The position numbers were made by a program, and so were the translations under genes. 64,000 nucleotides of DNA, from positions 27,590,001-27,654,000 of the forward strand of contig NC_042998.1 in assembly GCF_006345805.1 (NCBI RefSeq), in the 5' to 3' direction. Positions 1 to 12,019 of the stretch are shown here, piece by piece. The stretch comes from Octopus sinensis (Eukaryota). Numbering within the stretch: the stretch's first letter is position 1; every line of letters starts with the position of its first letter. The notes beneath the pieces were generated by a model. That model was given only the letters and a program-made list of their open reading frames with translations. It was not told the origin of the DNA and searched no databases.

Positions 1-835
1 CAGTTCCAGTAATGGAGTGAATCTGTAGTCTTCGAATTAGCTTTCTTCTTTCTGGTTTTGAGAAGCCTAATTTCTCAAGATTGGTATTTTGGTAGTGTAT
101 TATATATCCCAGGCACCAATAATTACAGGTATACATCTGAACTTGTAATCTGGATTGAGTAACTGCAGATTTCTCAATAGTTCAGAATAGGTGTTCTCTT
201 TTTCAATGATCATGTTAACATCCGCTGGCAGCTAATTTCCTCAACTGTGCACAATTTCTCTTCCCTATCCCAAATCATTATATCAGCTCTGTTGAGATCT
301 TCATTGGAACATTCCACCTGTATTCTTTTTTATTATGAATGTATGAATGGCTATGGCTTCTACCATATTGTGGGTTCTTATTTCTTTGTCCTCGGGATGA
401 TCCCTCTGGCAGATTTCATTATAGAGAATCCTAGCTACAATGTCATGTCTCATCGGTAGAATTAACCGTGATGACATTTTCGGACAACTGATTATGATGT
501 GGATGATATCTTCATGTATAGTCTTCTGCTCATATAGGTTCATCCTTTCATCTGATGATATGTTGCGGTAGAGTCGTGCGACTTCTTTGGGCATGTATTC
601 TAGGTTATCAGACAAAGAGTGTTGCTCAAGCAGCTGCCTTCCAAATCTTATGATGTTATCAGCCTTATGTAAGCAAATTTAGTCAAGAGATGCACTTTGA
701 CACTTAGTAGTTAAAAGATGTTGCCGAAGGGATATGATGCCACATTCAAAAGCATTTTAGATCGATGTTAAGCCTCTGCAACCTTGTTTTCGTATTAGGT
801 AGAGGTGTTCTACGTCACTGTTTATGTAAAAATTA
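1..835 (-). mobile_element. R4/Dong-like non-LTR retrotransposon with restriction-like endonuclease; degraded, internally deleted ORF 3' part
   Basis: Minus-strand translation across stops and frameshifts gives NSDVEHLYLIRKQGCRGL (post-RT motif like D.DRLYL.RK.GGRGL), EDIIHIIISCP..RHDIVARILYNEIC (decayed CCHC region) and NRADIMIWD..CTVEEISC (PD-(D/E)xK endonuclease). Confidence 0.8.
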
Positions 836-879
836 TGTATGTATGTATGTATGTATGTATGTATGTATGTATGTATGTA

Positions 880-957
<78 letters not shown>

Positions 958-960
958 TAT
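836..960. repeat. Compound microsatellite (GTAT)n-(GT)n
   Basis: Directly visible. Confidence 0.95.
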
Positions 961-1049
961 GTTGTTCTCCTCTTAGGAAAGAACTGGTTTCTAACAAAGA
1001 TACAAAGCTCCATCGTTGGAATGTTGATAGCAAAAACAATGTCACATTT

Positions 1050-1337
1050 TAAACTAATCGTGACATCAAATAGAAACTCACACAGAAATAATGATAACGA
1101 TAAGCTCTGCCTAAGGAGAGAAGAAGAAGGAAGTAGAGACTTGAAATCTGTGCAGACAACCTTGAAATGTCGTACAGCATCTCTTAGACAGCATTTGAAT
1201 AAAAATAAATACATAGACTATCTACTGAAAAGCGAAGAAAACAATATTCTACGTGTCGGTAGCGAGCTCCTCGGGAAGCACATTTTTCCTGATGACCACA
1301 CATAAAACTCCCAAACAACCAGACTAACATACTTCAA
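1050..1337 (+). mobile_element. R4/Dong-like LINE fragment (post-RT region)
   Basis: HRNNDNDKLCLRREEEGSRDLKSV..SLRQHL..NILRVGSELLGKH is homologous to the minus-strand copy at 1-835 (SLRQHL..NIIRFGRQLLEQH). Confidence 0.7.
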
Positions 1338-1508
1338 AGGAGATGTCCTTCTCCCAACTCCACTTCCCAACTGGCGGAAACGTGCGGGCGGGCAGCTGAA
1401 GACCTGGGTTACGACGATCAAGGAGGACCGCTCCATGCTCACGGGACCGCAGGTGGTCGGCCTGCGCCGATGGAACCGTGACCAGCTCGCAGCTGTGAAA
1501 ATCGCAGT
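1338..1508 (+). mobile_element. RTE-clade LINE ORF C-terminal fragment
   Basis: GC-rich; translates as LLPTPLPNWRKRAGGQLKTWVTTIKED..GPQVVGLRRWNRD, resembling the RTE C-terminal R.RGG...TW...IK.D motif. Confidence 0.65.
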
Positions 1509-1510
1509 AG

Positions 1511-1550
<40 letters not shown>

Positions 1551-1554
<4 letters not shown>

Positions 1555-2786
1555 CAGGGCTGGCCTGCTAGGTAGCCGGCCAGAATGCTAGAAAAAGATC
1601 ATCAACGATCAAACTACAAGGGAAATTCTCTAGAGGAAGAATTCAGCGAACACCAGAACCAACTTTGGCGGGCAGGACATATGAAAAATTAAATAAATAA
1701 CAGACTTAAATGCATACCTCGGTTTCGGTCTTAACAAAAGAATTACTTGCATAATTCAAGTGTCCGTGACTTCATCAGTACATTCGGTCCTCGAGATGCA
1801 AACCGCAAGACTAACCCCAGCTCTCTGTGTCAAGACAGACACGTGCTTAGTCTTACTGATTACATCGGGAATAAAATTTCAAATGTCTTGGCTCTGGCGC
1901 GCTGAGAGACTCCTGAAGCGAAGGGCTGCAGTGAATAATTCACTGCGGGTCGTGCTTACAACTAGGGAACGTATTTATTTAAATATTTAAAAATTGAGGG
2001 AGATAAATTAATATTAATTTTAATATCAATTTAAAACCAGTAGTCCAGCATTCAAAAAATCTGAGGAGTCAGAGAAAATTCAAATATATGTGTATATTGG
2101 CAGGGCTGGCCTGCTAGGTAGCCGGCCAGAATGCTAGAAAAAGATCATCAACGATCAAACTACAAGGGAAATTCTCTAGAGGAAGAATTCAGCGAACACC
2201 AGAACCAACTTTGGCGGCAGGACATATGAAAAATTAAATAAATAACAGACTTAAATGCATACCTCGGTTTCGGTCTTAACAAAAGAATTACTTGCATAAT
2301 TCAAGTGTCCGTGACTTCATCAGTACATTCGGTCCTCGAGATGCAAACCGCAAGACTAACCCCAGCTCTCTGTGTCAAGACAGACACGTGCTTAGTCTTA
2401 CTGATTACATCGGGAATAAAATTTCAAATGTCTTGGCTCTGGCGCGCTGAGAGACTCCTGAAGTGAAGGGCTGCAGTGAATAATTCAGCCCTGCCAATAT
2501 ACACATATATTTGAATTTTCTCTGACTCCTCAGATTTTTTGAATGCTGGACTACTGGTTTTAAATTGATATTAAAATTAATATTAATTTATCTCCCTCAA
2601 TTTTTAAATATTTAAATAAATACGTTCCCTAGTTGTAAGCACTACCCGCAGTGAATTATTCACTGCAGCCCTTCGCTTCAGGAGTCTCTCAGCGCGCCAG
2701 AGCCAAGACATTTGAAATTTTATTCCCGATGTAATCAGTAAGACTAAGCACGTGTCTGTCTTGACACAGAGAGCTGGGGTTAGTCT
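1551..2786. repeat. 546-bp direct duplication plus a 301-bp inverted copy of an unclassified element
   Basis: Unit 1 is 1551-2096 and partial unit 2 is 2097-2487. 2486-2786 is the reverse complement of 1808-2108. Confidence 0.9.
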
Positions 2787-2789
2787 CAA

Positions 2790-3573
2790 TATAAATATTG
2801 AGAATTCCTCTGTTATTGAATACATGAACAAACAACACAAAGAATACTGGTGGAAGATTCTCATCAAAACAAAGTGTAACCATGACAGGCTGATAATTGT
2901 TGTTTGGAACATACGAGAAGAAGTATGTACTGTAACAGAGGTCAGCCGCCCTGCTGATGTGAATACTTCCAGCTTTCATATACAGATTACGAATTCACAT
3001 TCATACCAATAATACTTGGTGCTTATGGTTTTTTGGAGGCGCAATGGCCCAGTGGTTAGGGCAGCGGACCCGCGGTCATAGGATCGCGGTTTCGATTCCC
3101 AGACCGGGCGTTGTGAGTGTTTATTGAGAGAAAACACCTAAAGCTCCACGAGGCTCCGGCAGGAGATGGTGGTGATCCCTGCTGTACTCTTTCACCACAA
3201 CTTTCTCTTACTCTATCTTCCTGTTTCTGTTGTACCTGTATTTCAAAGGGCCGGCCTTGTCACTCTCTGTGTCACGCTGAATATCCCCGAGAACTACGTT
3301 AAGGGTACACGTGTCTGTGGAGTGCTCAGCCACTTACACGTTAATTTCACGAGCAAGCTGTTCCGTTGATTCGGATCAACTGGAACCCTCGTCGTCGTAA
3401 CCGACGGAGTGCTTCCATCCATGGTTTTTTAAAAAAATAAATGTCTAAGTGACAATCTGGATAAGCTAGGGTTTTCGGAGAATGAAATTAACCAGCTAAT
3501 TCGCACATTACAGATATAATATATAATTGGAACGGTAAAAATATGGAAGTCTTTTCTCAAGTTTAAAACGTGA
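2790..3573 (+). mobile_element. R4/Dong-like LINE 3' end (endonuclease domain to stop), interrupted by a SINE
   Basis: EYWWKILIKTKCNHDRLIIVVW..CTVTEVSRPADVN before the SINE; NLDKLGFSENEINQLIRTLQI..IGTVKIWKSFLKFKT* after it. Confidence 0.8.
3035..3420 (+). mobile_element. tRNA-derived SINE (head type A, tail X) with 10-bp TSD
   Basis: A-box TGGCCCAGTGG and B-box-like GGTTTCGATTCC; TSD ATGGTTTTTT at 3025-3034 and 3421-3430. Confidence 0.9.
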
Positions 3574-3674
3574 CATTGTTTTCGTTATCTACATTCCAAC
3601 AATGAAGCATTTTATCTTTGTTAGAAACCATCTCCTTCTTCAGAGGAAGATTTCAAATGATTAAAAACGGAATA

Positions 3675-3677
<3 letters not shown>

Positions 3678-3750
<73 letters not shown>

Positions 3751-3780
3751 ACACACTCACACACACACACACACACATCT
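3678..3780. repeat. (CA)n microsatellite
   Basis: Directly visible. Confidence 0.95.
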
Positions 3781-4878
3781 ATATACATGTGTAACACTTG
3801 TATATTAATAATTTGGGTATTATACCAACAGTATATTGGATAAGTATTATCCCTTAGTGGTTTGGATCCACAACCCCTAACTTACTTAGTGTTATATATA
3901 TATATATACACACACATAAACAGACACACATACATATACATATACTCGCATACACACGCGTTTCTTGAAGCTTATATCTCTATATGAAAATAAACATTAA
4001 CCACTAAGTTTATACACACACACACACACATGCATACACACACACACACACACGCACACGCATCAAGAAAGATTTATGTGTGTGTGGATAGATGTGTATG
4101 CATGCGTGCACACATATAGATACACAATGTGAAGATAAAGGCAGCGTAAGTTTTAGATGAAGAGCTAAAGATGTAATCACGACGTCAATCATTTATTATT
4201 TAGAAAAAAAAATTATTATGTTTAATTTATGAATAAAAATACAGTAACATTGGAAATAACCTTCAAGACAATTGATGTATGGAAATGAGAATAGCATAAA
4301 TTTATGAATATAAAATATGTTGCAGCTGCTGTTAAGCAGAAGAAAATGGAGCTATGATGTAGCTCTGCATAAATAATGGTCATATGTATATCAATGAATA
4401 TTTTGGTGACATGAAATAAACAATTAATATTTAATAAAATGGATAAATGAGATAAGTAAAGTTATAGAGTTGAATATGATGGTTTGCAAATGAAAGTTAT
4501 AAGTTATAAAGCAATACGTTTGAATAATGATTGCCTGTGATTTTGTTGGGATTCGGCATTATATTAGCTGAGACAAAGTAGTATTTGGATAATACGTCAT
4601 CAGAGAAGATAATAAATATGAATTTATGAAGTGTTCTTAATTAAATACCTGACATTCTTGAGTTAATAACGTGTTTCGTATTGCTTTGTTTCGTAAGTAT
4701 ATATCGTCCATCTGGAAGAAAAGTCGCGATGCCGAGGTTTAAATGAAATAGTCACTTGTCAAAAATGTATATACTCCACATTGAAAATGTCTGTTTAAAA
4801 GTATAATTGGTTTCAAATTTCTGCACAAGGCCGGCAGTTTTTTTTTGGAGGAGCTAAGTTGATTAAATCGACACCACT

Positions 4879-5092
4879 CCTTTTACTCTTTTAACTTGCT
4901 TCAGTCATTTGACTGCGGCCATGCTGGAGCACCACCTTTAGTCGAGCAAATCGACGCCAGGACTTATTCTTTGTAAGCGTAGTTCTTATTCTATCGGTCT
5001 ATTTTTACCGAACCACTAAGTTACGGGGACGTAAACACACCAGCATCGGTTGTCATGCGATGTTGGGGGGGGGGACAAACACAGACACACAA

Positions 5093-5176
<84 letters not shown>

Positions 5177-5336
5177 GACGGGTTTCTTTCAGTTTCCGTC
5201 AACCAAATCCACTCACAAGGCTTTGGCCAGCCCGAGGCTATAGTAGAAGACACTTGCCCAAGATGCCACGCAGCGGTACTGAACACGGAACCATGTGGTT
5301 GGTAAACAAGCTACTTACCACACAGCCACTCCTGCT
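4879..5336 (-). mobile_element. tRNA-derived SINE, head type B (CORE-like CTTGGGCAAGT box), with internal (TA)n(TG)n microsatellite
   Basis: Minus strand reads GCAGGAGTGGCTGTGTGG.. then CTTGGGCAAGTG, resembling the CORE/MIR box. The same family recurs many times in the window. Confidence 0.85.
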
Positions 5337-5720
5337 CAACTGGTATTTATCTTATCGACCCCGAATGGATTGAATGGATGAAAGGCAATGTCGACTCCGG
5401 CAAAATTTGAGCTCAGAACGTAAAAACGGACGACATGCCGCTAAGCCTTTTGTCCACCGTGCTAACGATTCTACCGGCTAGCTGCCTTATCTTTTGAAAA
5501 AAATAATATTGGTTTCAAAATTTGGCACTAGCAATTTTGGGAGAGGGATAAGTTGATTTCATCGACCCCAGTGTTTAATTTGTACTTATTTTATAGACCC
5601 TGAAAGGATTAAAAGCAAAGTTGATCTCTGCGGAATTTGAACTCAGAACGTAAAGACGGACGAAATGCCGCTAAGCATTTTGTCCAGCGTGCTAACGATT
5701 CTGCCAGCTCATTGTAGTCA
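5337..5720 (-). mobile_element. Degenerate Deu/Nin-domain SINE copies (head type C)
   Basis: Diverged matches to GCCTTTCATCCTTTCGGGGTCGATAAA and GAGTTCAAATTCC. Confidence 0.75.
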
Positions 5721-6477
5721 CCAATGATTTAACTACATGAAGATGATTCCCGAGATAGAGATAAGCAGCAATGAGAATAACATCCATATACAAACTGCTT
5801 TAATACCATTACGAAGAATATGTTGATAAAGACATTCAAAGACATAGCAGAGTATGTAAAAACAATAACATTAAAAAAACGTAACAAGAATGAATGCACA
5901 TAAGCTATGACAATGTTACTGAGAAAATATACAAATTATTTGTTTATGATGTATGCTTAACTTAATAGATTACAGCAGTTCATATTTGTTCGAGACATGA
6001 TGGTTTTTCCCAAAAATTGCCCATGAGAAAATTTAATACGAAATCGGCAATATTTCAAGTTACAGTATAAAGTGATTTATGTATTTTGTCATTATATACA
6101 AGTGTGTATGTATGAGAAAGCGTGATTCTGACCGACGTGGACTTCTGATTGTAAACAAAAAACCAAATGATTCATGGTGGGAAGCAAGCATACAGAAAGC
6201 CGTTTGTAAAAGCGATTTATGTCATAATGGAGCGATTTTATTAGCCGAAAAAACCCCCACAAAACAGCCAGGTTATGTTTCAAGCAAGTATCCACTACGT
6301 CCACGTAAATGAGTTTATATGGCCAGTGAAAAAAGCGTTATATCAGCATGGGGTGAGGCCAATATAAATACAAGGTTCTATAGCACTTTGTTATCTTTCA
6401 ATCAAGTAAAATAACTACCACGACGTTGGCAGGGTATATATATGTCTTTGAAAGACAGAAAGGTCTAACATAACATT

Positions 6478-6570
6478 AATTGGAAAGTACTGGAAAGAGC
6501 AAAAGGATATATGATTAGAACCAAGAAGTATAGATTTCTTTGTCTAACTGAGAAGAAACAAATTCTACAA
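6478..6570 (+). mobile_element. Penelope-like element GIY-YIG endonuclease C-terminal fragment
   Basis: WKVLERAKGYMIRTKKYRFLCLTEKKQIL matches the W.IL..A..Y....K.C.LCL.EK..I motif at the end of Penelope-like ORFs. Confidence 0.65.
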
Positions 6571-7699
6571 AGCCCAACATCCGGACGGCAAACCGCTTTC
6601 AAGAATTGGGTTACTATGAAGGACACCTTTTCGTACGTTTCGGTTTTCTTTCTTTCTTCACGTTCTCTTTTCCTCTTTTTTTTTCTATTTATTATAAACA
6701 CCTGAACTTCTATCACAGTCCTCATCCTCCTCCTCCTCCCCTCCCCTCCCCCTCCCATCCTCCTACTCCAAGTTCTGAGTTCAAATACCGCCGAGGTCGA
6801 CTTTGCATTCCATCCTTTCGGGGTCGATAAATTAAGTACCAGTTGCGTACTGAGGTCGATCTAATCGACTGGTCCCGCCCTCCCCCAAATTTTCGAAATT
6901 AATTCGATTGCACATTTTTGAATTGTACAGAATTATCTAGATCAGCATTTAGGCTGCGATTTATTAAGTAAGTTATCCTAGGGACGTTTTGTTCAATAAT
7001 CTTGCCTAATAATTTATAAAACCTGCGGATTTAAAACTGGTGCAGTGTTTCTTCAGGAATATGCGTCGCATATTAGTAGAGGAATTTACGATTTAAAGTC
7101 CAGACAATTCGAACTTAATCATTGAGACTTGACTTCTGAGGAAGATGCTCAAATTCTCACCCTGTGTTTTAATCGATCGCATTAATAAAATAAAATAAAA
7201 CTAAAATAAATAAAATAGAATAAAATAAGTTAAAATTAGGATGAAGAGTAATTTCTGAATAAATCATATTGTAATATGGACCGGGTGTACGACACATTCA
7301 GCCTGCAGTTAGAAAGTTTGCAATTAGAGTAAATTGCATTATTCGTAGTTAGCCTGGGAGCCTTACATTCAATAATGAATCTAATTTGCTAAGTTCATTC
7401 ACGAAGCATCTGATACAGAAACGGTCGCATAAAAATTAATATGAATGAGCAAGTTGTTATGATAATGCATTGCATTTAAGGTTCAGGATGGGGGAGATTT
7501 TAAAATCCATGGGATTTAAAATGCAAGGAGGTAAAAACGAACACGAACAAGACAAAACAACAAAACAAATCAAGAGAAAGACTTATACTGAAATGTTCAA
7601 GTCTATATTTAGTAATGGATTAGATAATAAAACACATGTATAAATGAGTTCTTATATTGCTAGAAATCTAAAATTAAATTGGGTTAAGAAGAAGAAAAA

Positions 7700-8100
7700 T
7701 ATCGGTTGCAAATTTTGGCACAAGGCCAGTAATTTTGAGGGTGGGGGACAAATTGATTACTTCAGATCCAACGCTTAACTGGTACTTTATTTAGGCAGCG
7801 AGCTGGCAGAGACGTTAGCGTGCCGGGCGAAATGCTTAGCGGTATTTCGTCTGGCGCAACGTTGTGAGTTCAAATTCCGCTGAGGTCGACTTTGCCTTTC
7901 ATCCTTTCGGGGTCGATAAATTAAGTACCAGTTATGCACTGGGGTCGATGTAATCGACTTAATACCTATGTCTGTCCTTGTGTGTCCCCTCTATGTTTAG
8001 CCCCTTGTGGGTAATAAAGAAATAGGTACTTTATTTACCCCGAAAAAATGAATGCAAAGTCTACTTCGATGGAAGGTAAAAACGGACGGACGCGATGACG
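7700..8100. mobile_element. Nested Deu/Nin SINEs: a + strand copy (7794-8024) inserted into an older - strand copy
   Basis: 13-bp TSD GGTACTTTATTTA at 7781-7793 and 8025-8037. Confidence 0.85.
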
Positions 8101-8159
8101 AACGAAATGTCACTATGCAGTTTACCCGGTGTGTGCTTTAGTACAAAAAGAAGATTCTT

Positions 8160-8960
8160 TACTTTTCTACTCTAGGTACAAGGCCCAAAATGTTTGGGGA
8201 AAGTGAGGGACAGTCGATTAGAGCTATCGCTGTACGCAACTGCTACTTAATTTTCGACCTCGAAATGATGAAAGGCAAAGTCGACCTCGGCGGAATTTGA
8301 ACTTAGAACGTAACAGCAGACGAAACACCTATTTCTTTACTACCCACAAGGGGCTAAACACAGAGAGGACAAACAAGGACAGACAAACGGATTAAGCCGA
8401 TTACATCGACCCCAGTGCGTAACTGGTACTTATTTTATCGACCCCGAAAGGATGAAAGTCAAAGTCGACCTCGGAGGAATTTGAACTCAGAACGTAGCGG
8501 CAGACGAAATACCGGCTAAGCATTTCGCCCGGCGTGCTAACGTTTCTCATTTCTTGATTACCCATAAGGGGCTAAACATAGAAGCGACAAACAAGGACAG
8601 ACAAAGGGATTAAGTCAATTACATCGACCCCAGTATGTAAACTTGTACTTAATTTATCGACCCTGAAAGGATGAAAGGCAAAGTCGACCTCGGCGGAATT
8701 TGAACTCAGAACGTAACGACAGACGAAATACCTATTTTTTTATTACCCACACGGGGCAAAACATAGAGGGGCCAAACAAGGATAGACATAGGTATTAAGA
8801 CGATTACGTCGACCCCAGTGCGTAACTGGTACTTATTTAATTCGACCCCGAAATGATGAAAGGCAAAGTCGACCTTGGCGGAATTTGAACTCAGAACGTG
8901 ACGGCAGACGAAATACTGGTAAGCATTTCGCCCGGCGTGCTAACGTTTCTGCCGGCTCAC
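8160..8960 (-). mobile_element. Head-to-tail multimer of Deu/Nin-domain SINE (about four units)
   Basis: Repeated AAAGTCGACCTCGGCGGAATTTGAACTCAGAACGT blocks about 190-230 bp apart. Confidence 0.9.
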
Positions 8961-9574
8961 CATCTTAGAATTTAGAAATATCACAGACATGTGTATTTGA
9001 CTACATTAACGCTGGTGAATGTTATTAATTATGGATGTTTAATGGGAGGGTGCTGTGTTAATTAGCTCTGCTGACTATCTATCATCTGCAGCTTCTTGTC
9101 ACAAACCATCTGCGCAATTGCAGCAGTTTGCATATCTAGATTCTTTCCACAGAAGAGAAACGCACTTAGATATAGTCAGCGTATATTTTTCGTTATCTTA
9201 TAAATGCTTTCGTGCAAGTTACTCCTCTTCCTCATCCTCAAAAAGTTCGTATGCTTGGTAGACCGATCATTCTGTCTGCTGACGGATCGAATCCAAGGTT
9301 ACCTTTTTCTTCTTGAATGAGTTATTTACCATGTTGAAGCTCCCGTGTACATTCATAGAATCCCTTTCTACAATCAGAGGTAATACCTCACTGAACTCAA
9401 GCTTTTCTGTCCGTAGTGCAAAGGAGATAGATAATATTCTGTTTGACGGCGCCTGATGGGAACAAGTGACCATCTTTGTTAGGATACAGTGTCCTAGGTT
9501 TCAGGGCTCCTGTTGAATTAGCACTACAAGTCCATTTGTCATGAGAGTCTTTTCTGTTCTCTGCCAACTAGTTA

Positions 9575-10080
9575 GTTAATTTTTTGGCTCAAAAAGCAAA
9601 AAAGCAAGGCCATGTAGGGGGACATGGAGTTATGTACAGGGTAGTGTTCATGTAAAGAGTTCAGGCCACTTATGGTCAAGGGAGACTTTGAACCGAGCGG
9701 TCGTCGGCATCTTCACCATCTCGTCCGGCAGCTTATTCCACGGATCCGCAACCCGGACGGAGACAGTCCCTCTCCTTCGATTGAGATGAAATCGTCGCAG
9801 GGAACAAACTACAAGGCCTTCCCACAGCCAGACCTTCATTCTGACGATGATTCATCAGTTCAACATAAATGTGCTATCTGGTTCAGTAAAATTTCGGATA
9901 GGCCCATAGATTTGTTCGACCAACGTTAATAGGTATTTTGCAACTTTGCCTCTCAGATCCACAGTGGCGTGTAGTTGAACGCTATAGCATCAATATTGAC
10001 TGGTAGCCAGCTGGATAACAACTGCCTCCGAATTAGTATTTCTCTGAACCTTGAATTCGGACCTGCGACCCATACAAGTG
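9575..10080 (-). mobile_element. CR1/L2-like LINE 3' end (ORF2 C-terminus and 3' UTR)
   Basis: RRGTVSVRVADPWNKLPDEMVKMPTTARFKVSLDHKW fits the FS.RV...WN.LP..VV...T...FK..LD motif; a short (TAAC)n-like tail lies near 9575-9585. Confidence 0.75.
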
Positions 10081-10990
10081 CTATTCCGAGTCCACAATGA
10101 ATGCATTCGGACACTTTGTTGAATGTGTGGTATGCGGGAGATTTGAAGTAAAGACATCTACCTTCTCTTCGTCGACGCAGACCTCTCCGTCGGTAACGCG
10201 CTCCTCCACGTGGCCCGACCCGAACGCTAAAAATAGCAGCTGCTTTTCCCTTACCTTGTCGAAGCGCTCACACATCCAGCACTGTCGGCTACCCCGATCG
10301 AAAAGGCCCAATGCTCCCCTGCCTGCGCGTGCATCACTCCTGCACCCTTCCTCTTCCGGTCAGCTCCCAAGTTCTGGTCAGCTCCCCCAGCTGCTGTCGT
10401 CATCCCACAGAATGCACTTGGACACTATTTGTTGAATGCATTCCGATATTATTTAGCGTCTCAGTACTGGCTACATTGGAAACACCATCATACAGGTGCA
10501 TATCCGGGTTAATGAACATTTGACTGCTGATGCTTCTTCCGCAGAAAAAAAAGACATTTGCAGAAATGCCACATCCAAAATATCCAGGTTAGTGTTCACA
10601 CCATGAAACGAAACATTGGGAAACCACTATTGTTAAGACGAAACCATATTTTATGGGGGAGGAACAGAATTACAATCAACTGGTTGGCCATTATAGAAAT
10701 GTTATCATGCGCATTCGTAGCAATCCTACGCATATACGCGCACACATATACAGATTGCAGAGCAGAATAAAATAAAAAGTACAAACCATTGACTTATCTT
10801 GTTTCTTATAACTCTCATTGTTTTGGCCTTTCAAAAACAAAAACAAAGCAAAACAATTAAAAATATATATATGTGCATACATCCATGTAATTATATTTAT
10901 GTAGTCATGACATAGATCATGCATATCATGTATGTACATGCACATATATACATATATATATATAAACACACTGATATATATATATATATA

Positions 10991-11149
10991 TCGGAGTAAA
11001 CACATAAATGTGAAACAAGGTGGAAAAAAGAGTACTCAAATACCAGAGGTAGAGTAATATGCTTTATTTAAAAGCACCAGAAATTTAACAAAAGCTGTTA
11101 CTCGGAGTTTCACGTTCCCGTTCGTCGGACAATTTGTTAAAAATAGAGA

Positions 11150-11151
<2 letters not shown>
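10991..11151 (-). mobile_element. Short Penelope-like terminal-repeat unit containing a hammerhead motif, embedded in (AT)n
   Basis: Hammerhead fold at 11085-11140, followed by an AATAAA..TTACTCT.CC..TATTTGAGTAC tail that resembles the tail of the 28.3-kb unit. Confidence 0.6.
11085..11140 (-). ncRNA. Type I hammerhead ribozyme motif (core U4>C variant)
   Basis: UUAACAAAUUGU-CCGACGA-ACG[GGAA]CGU-GAAA-CU[CCG]AG-UA-ACAG(CU)UUUGUUAA; all three stems pair. Confidence 0.7.
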
Positions 11152-11203
<52 letters not shown>

Positions 11204-11661
11204 TATATATATATGGTTTCTATTACTTCGAAAAATTGAACTATGAACTTTTATGCTTTTTTTCTTCTCTCTTTCCATCTCTTTATTCTTTTACTCCTTT
11301 CATCTAATCTTGTCATGTTATTAATATATACCATTCTCATTTTCCATATTCTCCCCCCCTTATTTGTTTCTGATGACGGAATGTTTGATACTCGGGGATA
11401 TCTAAGAAACAGTTGTGAGATTTTTAATTTCTTCCTATAATAATATTGTATATGACTTGAGATGTTTGTTTTGTCTTAATGTTTGGCGTCCTGTCTAAAC
11501 AGTTATATATCCGCTGCATCGGAAATTTGCAATGGCTCCATAACTATCGTCTTGGCTATAACCTTGGAGCCCCAGTGATCCGTTACAGCACTTACTTAGC
11601 GTACCTAATCGTTTAGATCACCTGTGAACTAAACCCCCCATACTTTGTGTGTGTGTGTATG

Positions 11662-11699
<38 letters not shown>

Positions 11700-11717
11700 A
11701 TATATATATATATATAT

Positions 11718-11922
11718 AGGCGCAGGAGTGGCTGTGTGGTAAGTAGCTTGGCAACCAACCACATGGTCCGGGTTCAGTCCCACTGCGTGGCATCTTGGGC
11801 AAGTGCCTTCTGCTATAGCCCCGGGCCGACCAATGCCTTGTGAGTGGATTTGGTAGACGGAAACTGAAAGAAGCCTGTCGTATATATGTATATATATATA
11901 TATACATATATATATATGTATA

Positions 11923-12019
<97 letters not shown>

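Noticed and set aside
765-1305. ORFs of 95-166 aa with CVCV/MYVC runs; likewise 5050-5373, 11813-12113, 17137-17351, 34735-35115, 45570-46067 and 55797-56463
   Set aside because: They are open only because they read through stop-free microsatellites; no coding signal.
1775-1960. Hammerhead-like boxes in the 546-bp unit (minus-strand CTGATGA near 1835; plus-strand CTGAAGCG before the hairpin at 1928)
   Set aside because: GAAA is absent or mutated and the stems are inconsistent; too weak to call.
5730-5920. Possible minus-strand terminal exon (acceptor TTTTCTCAG, ~62 hydrophobic codons)
   Set aside because: Hydrophobic open frames of this length are expected in AT-rich DNA; no recognisable homology or partner exons.
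10545-10587. Possible 43-nt exon between CTTCTTCCGCAG and GTTAGT
   Set aside because: Splice-like signals alone are insufficient, and it sits next to LINE debris.
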